DNA of 64,000 nucleotides from Nibricoccus sp. (GCA_047602425.1 JASGHG010000001.1:1664001-1728000); one strand, 5' to 3'; positions 51,841 through 61,704 are shown, counted from the first letter of the stretch. Notes: a model not told the origin generated them from the letters alone. Numbers and translations: made by a program.

Positions 51841-52764
51841 ATGAATAATAGAATAAAAACACTAGCTCGTGCAGTCGTCTCAGCTGCATTGATCCCACTC
51901 GCGGCCATCTCAGTGCAGGCCGCCGACGGTTATGGTCGCAGCGCCACTGGCGGAACCGGCGGCGCCAACGTCACGGTCACCACGGCCGCCCAGCTCAAAC
52001 AGTATGCCGAATCGACCACCACCTACAATATCACCGTCTCCGGCACGATCGACGTAAACTCCACCGGAACCAGCGTAAAGGTGAAATCCAACAAGACCAT
52101 CAAGGGGGCCAACACCTCCGCCACGGTCAAGGGTTGCCTCGATCTGGGCAGCGGCGGCGTCAACAACGTCATTATCCAAAATCTCCGGATCACCAATCCA
52201 GGCGGCGATGGCATCACGCTGATGGGCGGCTGCACCAATGTGTTCATCACCAAGTGCGAGTTCTTCGACTGTGCAGATGGCTGCTGCGACATTGGCGACA
52301 GCGCCAACAACATCACGGTGTCGTGGTGCAAGTTTAACTACCCTTCACAGGCCGATCACCGTTTCACCATGATCCTCGGTCGCTCCACCGATCCAGCCGG
52401 CTACCTCAAGGTGACCCTTCACCACAACTGGTGGGCCAGCCGTTGCGACCAGCGCATGCCTTCCGGCAGCTACGGCCAAGGCCATCTCTACAATAACTAC
52501 TTCAACTGCTCAGGTAACAGCTACTGCACCAATGCCCGCGTCGGCTCCAACTGGCTCGTGCAAAACAGCTACTACCAGAGCGTGAAAAATCCGCTCTACG
52601 AGGAAGGCGGCGGCAAAATCAAGTCGTCCGGGAACACCTTCGCGAGTTGCACTGGCCTCATCAACGTAGCCACTGGTGCGGGTTTCACTCTGCCCTACGG
52701 CTACACGCTCGACGCCACAGCCAACGTACCCACTCGCGTCCAAGGCGGCGCGGGCAACCGCTGA
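51841..52764 (+). CDS. Secreted PL1-family lyase (close paralogue of 47423..48328)
   Basis: Same motifs as 47423; shares SRCDQRMPSGSY and PLYEEGGGKIKSSGNTFASCTG. Confidence 0.9.
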   Translation: MNNRIKTLARAVVSAALIPLAAISVQAADGYGRSATGGTGGANVTVTTAAQLKQYAESTTTYNITVSGTIDVNSTGTSVKVKSNKTIKGANTSATVKGCLDLGSGGVNNVIIQNLRITNPGGDGITLMGGCTNVFITKCEFFDCADGCCDIGDSANNITVSWCKFNYPSQADHRFTMILGRSTDPAGYLKVTLHHNWWASRCDQRMPSGSYGQGHLYNNYFNCSGNSYCTNARVGSNWLVQNSYYQSVKNPLYEEGGGKIKSSGNTFASCTGLINVATGAGFTLPYGYTLDATANVPTRVQGGAGNR

Positions 52765-52777
52765 TTTCCCTCAGCCA

Positions 52778-52813
52778 ACAAAAAAGCCGGCGTGGCACCC
52801 ACGTCGGCTTTTG
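52778..52813. terminator. Terminator-like hairpin
   Basis: AAAAAAGCCGGCGTGG-cac-CCACGTCGGCTTTT. Confidence 0.65.
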
Positions 52814-52911
52814 TCCACCCGGAAAATCTCGGGCCACACCGCTTCAGATTTCCCGTGAACTCCAGCTGACAACAAAAGCAAAAAAACAAAACCACATAAC
52901 TGATCCATAAC

Positions 52912-53805
52912 ATGAAACGTCTATACGCCCTACTCGCGGTGGCCGCCCTCGCGCCCGCCGCTTTTGCCGCCACCCGCAGCGTTCCTTCGCAGTATTCCAC
53001 CGTCCAAGCCGCGGTAAATGCCGCCGCCTCCGGCGACACCATCAGTATTGCCAACGGCACGTACACCGAACAAGTCACCATCCCCAGCGGGAAAAACAAC
53101 TTGAAGATTGTCGGCGCCAGCCAGACCGGTGTCATCATCACGGCCGGAGCCAACCAAAAGGCCATGGTCGTGAACGGCAACGACACCACGTTTTCGTACC
53201 TGACCATCCGTAACACGGGTGGGCTTACGGCCGGCAATACCAGCCAGGCCGTGATGGTGTACGGCAGCCGAACCGAATTCTACCGCTGCTACCTCAATGG
53301 CTATCAGGACACGATCTATCTCGGTGGCGGTCCCAACTATTTTGCCTTGAGCGAAATCCGAGGCAGCGTGGATTTCATCTACGGTGGCAGCGCGTCTTTC
53401 TTCACCTCGTGCAATATCAAGCAGATCCGTCCCACCGGCGGCCCCGCCACCGCACCCAACACCGCGCAGACGCAGACCTACGGCCTCGTCTTCAGCGGCT
53501 GTAAATTCAACAGCGGTAGCGATGTCGCCGCCGGCAGTTCCACCTTCATGCGTCCTTGGGGCCCTTACGGCGAGACTGCTATCATTAATTGCACGGTGGA
53601 TGCCAGCATCTCCGCTGCGGGCTGGAGCGCCTGGGGCGGACGCGAGGCCACTTGCCGCGCTTACGAATATGGCACCAAAACCACTTCAGGCGCCACCGTC
53701 AACCTGGCCACTCGCGCCTCTTGGGTCGTCCGCATTTCATCCAGCCAAGCTGCCACCTTCACCCGCAGCAACGTTCTCGGCGGCTGGACCCCGCCGATCC
53801 TCTAG
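52912..53805 (+). CDS. Secreted CE8 pectin methylesterase (paralogue of 50761..51654)
   Basis: QAV, GYQDTIY, GSVDFIYG, RPWGPY; ends with TRSNVLGGWTPP like its paralogue. Confidence 0.9.
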   Translation: MKRLYALLAVAALAPAAFAATRSVPSQYSTVQAAVNAAASGDTISIANGTYTEQVTIPSGKNNLKIVGASQTGVIITAGANQKAMVVNGNDTTFSYLTIRNTGGLTAGNTSQAVMVYGSRTEFYRCYLNGYQDTIYLGGGPNYFALSEIRGSVDFIYGGSASFFTSCNIKQIRPTGGPATAPNTAQTQTYGLVFSGCKFNSGSDVAAGSSTFMRPWGPYGETAIINCTVDASISAAGWSAWGGREATCRAYEYGTKTTSGATVNLATRASWVVRISSSQAATFTRSNVLGGWTPPIL

Positions 53806-53860
53806 AGCATATACAATAAAACTGTAGCCGTAAATCGGTATTACGAACCGAGCTGTCTTC

Positions 53861-53931
53861 GTAGGGGCGCAGTCTTGCTGCGCCCTTTCTGTGGCAAAGC
53901 CAAACCGGGCGCAGCAAGACTGCGCCCCTAC
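53861..53931. repeat. GTAG-type REP inverted pair (REPIN-like)
   Basis: Perfect 25-bp arms GTAGGGGCGCAGTCTTGCTGCGCCC / GGGCGCAGCAAGACTGCGCCCCTAC, each itself a small hairpin. Confidence 0.85.
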
Positions 53932-54002
53932 AGCTGGAGTTGTGCGGCTGTGACATTTTTTAAAAAGCTCTAGGACGAACCAACTCTTAGTTCCACGTCG
54001 TC

Positions 54003-54033
54003 AAGCGGTGGTCTCTCCGGCCACCGCTTTTTT
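54003..54033 (+). terminator. Rho-independent terminator
   Basis: AAGCGGTGG-loop-CCACCGCTTTTTT. Confidence 0.8.
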
Positions 54034-54105
54034 CATTTCGTGGAACATGACCTCACAACCACAGAAAAGCTTCCCGTCCGAAAAAGACTCCGCCATCGTG
54101 GCCCG

Positions 54106-54795
54106 ATGAACGTCCATGTCCTACAACACGCTTCGTTCGAAGGCCTCGCAGCCATCGCGCCGCTGCTCGCCGCTCGCCACGCAAAAATTTCGACCACTCG
54201 TTTTTTTGAAAATTCCACACTTCCGCCGCTCCACGACTTCGATCTGGTCATCGCGATGGGCGGCCCGATGAGCGTAAACGACGAAGCCGAACATCCGTGG
54301 CTTGTCGCCGAGAAACAATTCATCCGCGACGCCGTACGGCGTGGCACGCCCGTGCTCGGCGTTTGCCTCGGTGCACAACTCATCGCCAGCGCCCTCGGCG
54401 CCCGCGTTTATCGCAACGCTCAAAAAGAAATCGGCTGGTTTCCGGTCGAAGCCGTGCCCGTTGTTGCCGGTAGCACTGGGTTTTGCTTTCCTGCCAGGCT
54501 CGACGTCTTTCACTGGCATGGCGAGACCTTCGACCTTCCGCCCGGCGCTACGCACCTCGCCCGCAGTGCCGCCTGCAAACATCAGGCCTTCCAAGTCGGC
54601 CGCCGCACGCTCGCCCTTCAATTCCATCTCGAAGTCACACCCGCCGCCGTTCAGGCCTTCGTCGATCATTGTGGAAACGAACTGCGCCACGCGCCTTTCA
54701 TCCAACCCAAGCCCGACCTCCTCGCCGCTCCTCCCGCCACCTACAACGAGGCCAATGCCTGGATGGGACGTGTGATCGATTATCTTGTTGAATAA
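54106..54795 (+). CDS. Class I glutamine amidotransferase-like protein
   Basis: LQH..FEG, MGGPMSV, GVCLGAQL, EIGW, WHGETF, QFHLE. Confidence 0.92.
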   Translation: MNVHVLQHASFEGLAAIAPLLAARHAKISTTRFFENSTLPPLHDFDLVIAMGGPMSVNDEAEHPWLVAEKQFIRDAVRRGTPVLGVCLGAQLIASALGARVYRNAQKEIGWFPVEAVPVVAGSTGFCFPARLDVFHWHGETFDLPPGATHLARSAACKHQAFQVGRRTLALQFHLEVTPAAVQAFVDHCGNELRHAPFIQPKPDLLAAPPATYNEANAWMGRVIDYLVE

Positions 54796-54862
54796 ACACC
54801 TTCGCATCGTTGCCAAAAACCAGTAACGCTGCCGCCCTCGCCGGTGTTATCATCATATACAC

Positions 54863-55072
54863 ATGAAAGTCATTGGCCTGTTTCTTCTTTGGTGTCTTCT
54901 ACTCGCGGTCTGCTGGCCGCTGGCTTTGTTCGCACTCCTTCTCGCACCCATCGTCTGGATCATCGCCCTTCCCTTCCGGTTGCTTGGCGTCTGCGTGCGC
55001 GCTACGTTTGCGTTGGTCGCGAGCATCCTCTTCCTCCCGTCGCGCCTTCTCGGCGGCAATCGCCACGCCTGA
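54863..55072 (+). CDS. Small hydrophobic membrane protein
   Basis: 69-aa hydrophobic ORF with a repeated LP.RLLG motif, filling the gap between neighbours. Confidence 0.7.
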   Translation: MKVIGLFLLWCLLLAVCWPLALFALLLAPIVWIIALPFRLLGVCVRATFALVASILFLPSRLLGGNRHA

Positions 55073-55177
55073 GCCGAATAGGCCGCAATCTCTAATTTTT
55101 ATTCCTGAGGGAATGCGTGCCGTGGAGAGCGCATCGCGGCATCTCCAATCGAAAATGCCATTGGCACACAACAATCG

Positions 55178-55927
55178 CTAGCGCAGCCGGTCGAGGCTTA
55201 GGGCAAAATCCTCCGGCAGCGGACAGGCAATGGCCACTTCGGCTTTCGTCATCGGATGCACGAATGCGAGCGATGCCGCATGCAGCATCACTCGCTGGAA
55301 CCGCAACTGTGCGCCAGAGCCAAGTCGGACCGATACCGGCCCGCCGTACAATTCGTCGCCCAAAATCGGATGTCCGCATTCCGTCAAATGCACGCGAATC
55401 TGGTGCGTGCGACCTGTGTGCGGCTTCGCCTCGATCAACACCACGTCGTGAAAACGTTCCAACTCGCGAAAGCTGGTATGGGCTGGATCGCCCCCGCTGC
55501 GCACGGCCCCAAATTTATTCGCCTTCGCCACGCGCCCGATAACCCCGAGGTAATTTTTCACCTCCCAGGAATCCGGGCAGCCGGTGCCCAACAGCGCAAG
55601 GGCCTGATAGGTTTTCTGTGCGACTTTGCCGGCAAAGAGTGCGCCTACCCCGGCATTGGCTTTCTGGTTTTTCGACAAAAGCAGGACGCCCGTCGTATCG
55701 CGGTCCAATCGATGATGCAGCGCCAGATAGGGTTCGCGTCCGTCGCGTCGCTGGAGGAATTTCTTCACCTCTGAAAATACGCTCGGCCGCGCGGCATCGA
55801 GCGTAGGCTGGGTCGGCAATCCCGCTGGTTTGTCGATTGCTATCAGCCATTCGTCCTCGAACAAAATTCGTCCCTGCGACCAGGCAGCGTTGGAGGAAGC
55901 GGATTGGCTGAACGTGGGCTGAGCCAT
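55178..55927 (-). CDS. RluA-family pseudouridine synthase
   Basis: DKPAG, HRLDRDTTG, TGRTHQIRVH, HPILGD, LHA. Confidence 0.95.
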   Translation of the reverse strand: MAQPTFSQSASSNAAWSQGRILFEDEWLIAIDKPAGLPTQPTLDAARPSVFSEVKKFLQRRDGREPYLALHHRLDRDTTGVLLLSKNQKANAGVGALFAGKVAQKTYQALALLGTGCPDSWEVKNYLGVIGRVAKANKFGAVRSGGDPAHTSFRELERFHDVVLIEAKPHTGRTHQIRVHLTECGHPILGDELYGGPVSVRLGSGAQLRFQRVMLHAASLAFVHPMTKAEVAIACPLPEDFALSLDRLR

Positions 55928-56714
55928 GTTGTCCGGCATCATGAATAAATCTCGATCTAAAGACAAGGATTCCGCAACCGCTCGTGACCGCTCATATCGC
56001 GCCATGAATCTGTGAACATAACAGACGCGAACACCATCCATTTTACCTTCGCCTGAGGATGCTCAAGCTGTCTTTGCACAAACAATATACCACCTCCAAG
56101 GAACCGCAGCCAATTCTTATGCCAAAGCGCCGGACACCTCGCCTTGCTGATATCGACATATACCAAAAAGCGCGTCGCTAAAAGATGGTCGAATTTCGCC
56201 GCTCGGCCCATGTCGTTTGGGATCGCCAGAATAGCGTTCGTGCCTTCTGCACAGCAACGCCATTACCAACTCGCATCGGCGAAACTTTTCTACCCCAAAA
56301 AAAACATGGGAGTTTTTCCCATTCCAACTATCCGGCAGCCAACCCGCCGCACTATGGTGAAGCCGCGGTACGAATCAGGAGTCTTCGTGATCACGCTGTT
56401 TGAAAAAGGTTCGTGGAAGGTCGGTTGCCGGTCGCAGATCGGTCGTGTAGACGCGAAAGCGCCGTCCCGATTGGGCCCCGCACCCCGCGGTGCATTTATT
56501 TGCAAATCGACGGCAAGTTAGCGGTTCCAATTGGCCCTATCCGCCGTCCAAACAACAAAGCCCGGGCACCACTTCGCAATCTTGCGGTCTGTCTCCGACA
56601 ACAACCGACCCCTATGTTCGCGGCAAATGGCGGCACGCTCTTTCCAATTTTCAGCCTCAACCGTACCCCCAGTGGCACAACTTAAACATATCTGAAAACC
56701 AAAGCTCGTTTCCT

Positions 56715-57296
56715 ATGAAAAATACCCATCCATCGAAAATCAACGGATCGGCCATGCCGGCCATCTTGCTCACCATCGCCCTCGTCATCGTTTCGGCTGT
56801 GCTTTGGACCAAAGCCCGCTCCGCCGATACCAAGGCCCGTGAAGCCAACTCGCAGCTCGCTCAGGTGCAATCCGACAATGCCCAGCTGAACTCCAAACTA
56901 TCCGCCACCACTAATCAGCTGACAAGCCTTCAACAAGAATTGGACACGTTCAAGGCCAGCAGCGAACAACTGAAAACCGCGGCGGATGAAGCCAAAACCA
57001 GCGCCGACCAGCTGCAAAACAAACTCAACGAAGCCAACTCAAACTATGCTTTGTTGAAAGACCAGCTCGAAGAATTCTCGACCAAGTCGAAAGATCTTCA
57101 GGCCCAGGCCAGCACCGCCGAAGCCAGTGTCGCCCGACTCCAAAGCGAACGCGACCAAGCCATGGCCGATACCGCCACGTTCCAAAAACAAATGGAAAGC
57201 GCCAAGGAACAGCTGGCCGCCCTTCAGTCGAAACTGCAATCCACGCAAAGCGACCTCGCCGAAGCGCAAAAGGCCGTTGCCAAGAAAAAACGGTAA
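56715..57296 (+). CDS. Single-TM coiled-coil protein
   Basis: One hydrophobic helix followed by a long heptad-rich Q/K/E/S/A segment. Confidence 0.75.
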   Translation: MKNTHPSKINGSAMPAILLTIALVIVSAVLWTKARSADTKAREANSQLAQVQSDNAQLNSKLSATTNQLTSLQQELDTFKASSEQLKTAADEAKTSADQLQNKLNEANSNYALLKDQLEEFSTKSKDLQAQASTAEASVARLQSERDQAMADTATFQKQMESAKEQLAALQSKLQSTQSDLAEAQKAVAKKKR

Positions 57297-57323
57297 ATTC
57301 CCTCCAACATCGTACCTCAACAT

Positions 57324-57351
57324 GGCGGTCCCACAACGGGCCGCCTTTTTT
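57324..57351 (+). terminator. Rho-independent terminator
   Basis: GGCGGTCC-loop-GGGCCGCCTTTTTT. Confidence 0.75.
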
Positions 57352-57449
57352 GCGCCAGAACAAGATCCAAACGCACAACGATTTTTCCGCAACCATTCGC
57401 TTCCAGTAAATGCTTTACCGTTTCTTCCCTGACGCTATTGATTCAGTCC

Positions 57450-59420
57450 ATGAAGCTCAAGATTCTGGCTCTGAGTTTGGCAGTATTACAAGTATCGGTG
57501 CGGGGCGCTGGTATTTTACCCATCGAGGATTTCGCCCGACCGGCGAAAGTCTCCCATATGACCGTTTCGCCGGATGGCCAGTGCCTCGCCGCCCTACGGG
57601 ACGTCAATGGGCTTAAATTCGTATTTTTTAGCGATCCGAAAGTGATCGAGTGGCGCGGCTTCGAAGTGGGTTCGTCGCAACTCATTCCAGCCACCCGGGA
57701 AATCGTTTGGTATCGCTGGCTGGGTTCCAAACGTCTGCTACTGGGCATCAGCGCTTGGAACCTGCTTGAAGGAACCGCAGCGGTAGATCGCGATGGCTCC
57801 AATTGGCAGCCTATGACGGGTATGGTCGACTATGGCTCCGGCATTCGCATCAACTACGAACCCATTCTCGCCTTCGAGATGCTCCACAGCTTCAACAATA
57901 ACCGCGATGTGCTGATGCTCGACGAGCGCGTGTTTAGCGGCAAAGAACGCCTTTACCCGCATGTCATGAAACTGGATTCGAATGACGCGTCTGGAAAAAT
58001 CATTGTGCGCAATCCTGGGAATGTGACGGATTGGCTAACTGATCGCAATGGCATCGTCCGAGCGGGCATCCAACAGATTGAGGACAAATCGGCGATTCTC
58101 TATCGACCCAATGAAAATAGCGATTGGACCAAGTTAGGGGAATTGGAGGCCGAAAATGCTTTTCTCCATGGCTTCTCAGCTAACAACGCGAGCATCTATC
58201 TTAGTACTACGACTGAAAAAAACGACTGCACGGCACTTTATGCGTTCGACATTGAAAAACGTTCCCTCGGCGAAGCATTGCTGACATTACCCAGCTACGA
58301 CGTTGAGTACCGCAATTCAGGATCTGAGACCGGGGCGAAATGGTCAAAGGCCAAGGGGAAATTTGTTTACTTTAACTACGTGGAAGAACTACCCGGTGTG
58401 AAATGGCTGGACGAGGACATCGAAGCCAAAATGGAAGCAATCAACCGACGCCTGCCGGACACCTTCAACCTGCCGGTAAGCTTCTCCGATGACGGAATGC
58501 TGATGTTGATCTTCGGTCGCTCGGATCGCAATCCGGGGGCCTATTATCTCTACAATCAGTTTACACGAAAACTTTCTCCCATTGCGCGCCTCATGCCCTG
58601 GATCGAACCCGAGCAAATGGCACCCATGAAACCGATCAAATACTCCGCACGCGACGGTCTCGAAATCCACGGTTATCTTACCTTGCCTAACGGTGTGGAA
58701 CCGACAAATCTTCCGCTCATCGTCATGCCGCACGGCGGACCCTGGGTGCGCGATAATTGGGAATTCGATCCCTTGGTACAAATGCTCGCAAACCGGGGTT
58801 ACGCCGTCTTGCAGATGAATTATCGTGGATCCTCAGGTTATGGGCATGCCTTTTATAAGAAAGGCCAGAAACAAGTGGGCGGCACGATTCAGTGTGACAT
58901 TGAAGATGGGACACGCTGGGCCATCCAGACCAAGCTCGCCGATCCCAAGCGCATTGCCATCGTCGGCGCCAGCTACGGTGGCTACTCCGCTCTTTATGCC
59001 CTCGGTAAAAGCCCTGACCTCTATCGCTGCGGCATCTCCCTTTGTGGCGTCACCGACTGGGTTTCCATCTTCACCAATCTCGATGACCCCGAATACAAAT
59101 TCTCTCGTATCCATTGGATCAAATCGATTGGCGACCCCGAGGCCGATGTTGAAAAATTAAAAGCGATTTCACCGGTTAACTTTGCCCAATCCATCACCGC
59201 GCCCGTGTTGATCATCCAAGGAAAAAACGACCGCATTGTTCCGCCCAAACAGGCGAAGAAAATGGTCACCGCCTTGGAAAAGGCCGGTCGAAAACCCCAG
59301 TCCCTCTTCCTCCCCGATGAAGGCCACGGCAGCAAAACTGAAAAAGGTCGCATCGCGGAATTCAAAGCCATCGAGGCCTTTTTAGCCAAGCATCTCGGTG
59401 CCGAAAAAACGGCAAACTAG
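57450..59420 (+). CDS. S9-family (prolyl oligopeptidase-like) peptidase, secreted
   Basis: PHGGP, NYRGSSGYG, nucleophile GASYGG, GKND, EGH. Confidence 0.93.
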   Translation: MKLKILALSLAVLQVSVRGAGILPIEDFARPAKVSHMTVSPDGQCLAALRDVNGLKFVFFSDPKVIEWRGFEVGSSQLIPATREIVWYRWLGSKRLLLGISAWNLLEGTAAVDRDGSNWQPMTGMVDYGSGIRINYEPILAFEMLHSFNNNRDVLMLDERVFSGKERLYPHVMKLDSNDASGKIIVRNPGNVTDWLTDRNGIVRAGIQQIEDKSAILYRPNENSDWTKLGELEAENAFLHGFSANNASIYLSTTTEKNDCTALYAFDIEKRSLGEALLTLPSYDVEYRNSGSETGAKWSKAKGKFVYFNYVEELPGVKWLDEDIEAKMEAINRRLPDTFNLPVSFSDDGMLMLIFGRSDRNPGAYYLYNQFTRKLSPIARLMPWIEPEQMAPMKPIKYSARDGLEIHGYLTLPNGVEPTNLPLIVMPHGGPWVRDNWEFDPLVQMLANRGYAVLQMNYRGSSGYGHAFYKKGQKQVGGTIQCDIEDGTRWAIQTKLADPKRIAIVGASYGGYSALYALGKSPDLYRCGISLCGVTDWVSIFTNLDDPEYKFSRIHWIKSIGDPEADVEKLKAISPVNFAQSITAPVLIIQGKNDRIVPPKQAKKMVTALEKAGRKPQSLFLPDEGHGSKTEKGRIAEFKAIEAFLAKHLGAEKTAN

Positions 59421-59482
59421 CATCGGCAAGCCCGCCTGTCCAAGCTTGCCCACCCAGCCGCCACCGGGCAGACTCGCGAGCG

Positions 59483-60799
59483 ATGCAATACGAGATCGTC
59501 TGGCCCGCGTGGATCGTCGCCGGGCTGCTTACCCTGCTGTTTTTCTGGCTTATGCTTCGCGCCGGTCGCCGCCTGCGCTTCCTCGCCGACACTCCCACCT
59601 CCAAAACCCGGGGTGTTTTCATCGGTCAGGTCGAACTTTCCGGCAGCGCCAAAATCGCCCCGCCGCTTCGCAGCTTTCTGGCCGGAACCGAATGCGTTTG
59701 GTATCGCTACACCGTCGAGGAGGAATGGGAACGCTGGGAAACTGAAACGTACACCGACAAAGATGGAAAAACCCAAAGCCGGCGTGTCCGCAAAAGCGGT
59801 TGGACCCAGATCGACAATGGCGGCGAGACTCCGGCATTTTTCCTCGAGGACGAAACTGGCGCCGTGCGCGTGCAGCCTGAAGGCGCGCAAATCGATTCCA
59901 TCACGGTTTTCTCCGAAACGGTGCATCGGGGCGATGCGTTGTATTTCCAAAAAGGTCCTGCGGCCGAAATCGCCGATTCCAACGGCAAGCGCCGTTTCAG
60001 CGAGCAAGCCATCCCGCTCGATGCCAGAATTTTCATCGCTGGCCGCGCCCGCGAACGCGCCGATGTGGTCGCCCCCGAGATCGCCGCCGATCGCGCACAA
60101 GAGCTCTTCATGATTTCGTGCAAAGGCGAAAGCAGCCTTCTCAGCGGCTATCGCTGGAAGTTCTGGATCTTCGGCGTGCTCATGCTCGCCGCTTTACCCA
60201 TCGCCTCGTTTATCCAGTCGTCCTCCGCTAACGAACCAGCCAACATCGCCGTCGTCTCCATCCTCGCGGGTGTACTGCTCCTTGTCTGGCTGATTGGCTG
60301 GCTTTGGATGGCTTTCAACAGCCTCGTCGGCCTGCGTAATCGCACCTCGCAAGGCTGGTCGCTGATCGATGTACAACTGAAGCGTCGCGCCGATCTAATC
60401 CCGAGGCTGGTCGAGGTCGTCAAAGGATTGCGCGATCATGAGCGCAACGTGCAAACCGAAGTCGCCGCGCTGCGCAGCCAGACCGTCGCCACCCCACCCG
60501 GGCAACCCGGACCCGATCTCGCCGGTGCGAAACCACTTATAATCGCCATAGCGGAGCGATATCCAGAACTTAAATCCAGCGACGCCTTTCTGCGCCTCCA
60601 ACGCGAACTCTCCGACACCGAAACCCGCATCGCCCTCGCCCGGGACTACTATAATTCCATCGCAACCCATTTGAACACGCGCCTTGAGATTATCCCTGAC
60701 TGCTGGTTCGCTCCGCTCGCTGGGCTGCGTCACCAGCCCCTGCTCGCCGTCGAGAGCTTCGAGCGCGCTCCCGTCAAAATCGACTTATCAACTTCATGA
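59483..60799 (+). CDS. GIDE-like domain fused to LemA domain, membrane protein
   Basis: TM; DTPTSK...VELSG...CVWY...FFLEDETG.V; two TMs; LemA motifs WS.IDVQLKRRADLIP, ERYPELKS, RDYYN. Confidence 0.85.
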   Translation: MQYEIVWPAWIVAGLLTLLFFWLMLRAGRRLRFLADTPTSKTRGVFIGQVELSGSAKIAPPLRSFLAGTECVWYRYTVEEEWERWETETYTDKDGKTQSRRVRKSGWTQIDNGGETPAFFLEDETGAVRVQPEGAQIDSITVFSETVHRGDALYFQKGPAAEIADSNGKRRFSEQAIPLDARIFIAGRARERADVVAPEIAADRAQELFMISCKGESSLLSGYRWKFWIFGVLMLAALPIASFIQSSSANEPANIAVVSILAGVLLLVWLIGWLWMAFNSLVGLRNRTSQGWSLIDVQLKRRADLIPRLVEVVKGLRDHERNVQTEVAALRSQTVATPPGQPGPDLAGAKPLIIAIAERYPELKSSDAFLRLQRELSDTETRIALARDYYNSIATHLNTRLEIIPDCWFAPLAGLRHQPLLAVESFERAPVKIDLSTS

Positions 60800-61650
60800 A
60801 ACTTTCGGCATTCATCCTGTTTTCTGCGCTAACCGGCATTCTCGCGCCGACTTCTTTCGCCACGGGCGCGTCCGACGAGCATCTTGCAGCGACCCGCAAG
60901 CGCATGCCCGACGACTTTACCCTCGTTGAAGAACCGCCTTTCGTCATCGTCAGTGATCAGGACGATCGCGGGCAGAACATGGCCGTGCAAACCGTGCGGT
61001 GGGCCGTGGTGCGTTTGAAAAAGGATTTCTTCGCGAAGGATCCTACCGAAACCATCGATATCTGGATTTTCAAAAACAAGAAAAGCTACGAGCACAACAC
61101 ACGAGAGGTTTTCCACGAAGTGCCCATTTCTCCATTTGGCTACTATTCCCCGAAGGAACACGCCTTGCTCATCAGCATTGCGCAAGGCGGCGGCACCCTT
61201 GTTCACGAAATTGTGCATCCTTTCATGCGCGCGAATTTTCCCCGTTGCCCGACATGGTTCGACGAGGGCCTGGCCTCGCTTTTCGAACAATGCATCGATC
61301 GCAAGGGGCATATCGCGGGCGAGATAAACTGGCGCCTTCCCGGGCTTCAGGAGACGATTCGCGCAGGCAAAACGCTCTCATTCCAGGAACTGACCGCGCT
61401 CAGCCCAACCGAGTTCTACGCCAGCGATGGAAATTCTGAATACAACAAGCACTACGGCCAGGCCCGCTACCTTTGCTACTACCTGCAAGAGCAAGGTCTT
61501 CTCGTAAAGTTCTTCAAAGAATTCGTTGCCAATGCCGACAAAGATCCCACCGGCTACGCCACGCTTCAGCACGTGCTTGGCGTCGACGACATGGCCGCCT
61601 TTCAGAAAAAATGGGAGGCTTTCATCCTTGCCCTTCCCGCGCCAAAATAG
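60796..61650 (+). CDS. Secreted gluzincin-like metallopeptidase (DUF1570/peptidase MA-like)
   Basis: Signal peptide; HEIVH plus WFDEGLA; ATGA overlap with the LemA gene. Confidence 0.75.
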   Translation: MKLSAFILFSALTGILAPTSFATGASDEHLAATRKRMPDDFTLVEEPPFVIVSDQDDRGQNMAVQTVRWAVVRLKKDFFAKDPTETIDIWIFKNKKSYEHNTREVFHEVPISPFGYYSPKEHALLISIAQGGGTLVHEIVHPFMRANFPRCPTWFDEGLASLFEQCIDRKGHIAGEINWRLPGLQETIRAGKTLSFQELTALSPTEFYASDGNSEYNKHYGQARYLCYYLQEQGLLVKFFKEFVANADKDPTGYATLQHVLGVDDMAAFQKKWEAFILALPAPK

Positions 61651-61704
61651 TCGCCGCAACATCTGCAACCCCGATCCCAGCCAAACGTCTTTCCTTCGCC
61701 TTCC

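Noticed and set aside
56440..56480. c-di-GMP-I riboswitch suggested by GACGCGAAAGC
   Set aside because: The upstream GCAAAC...GAAA stem is missing.
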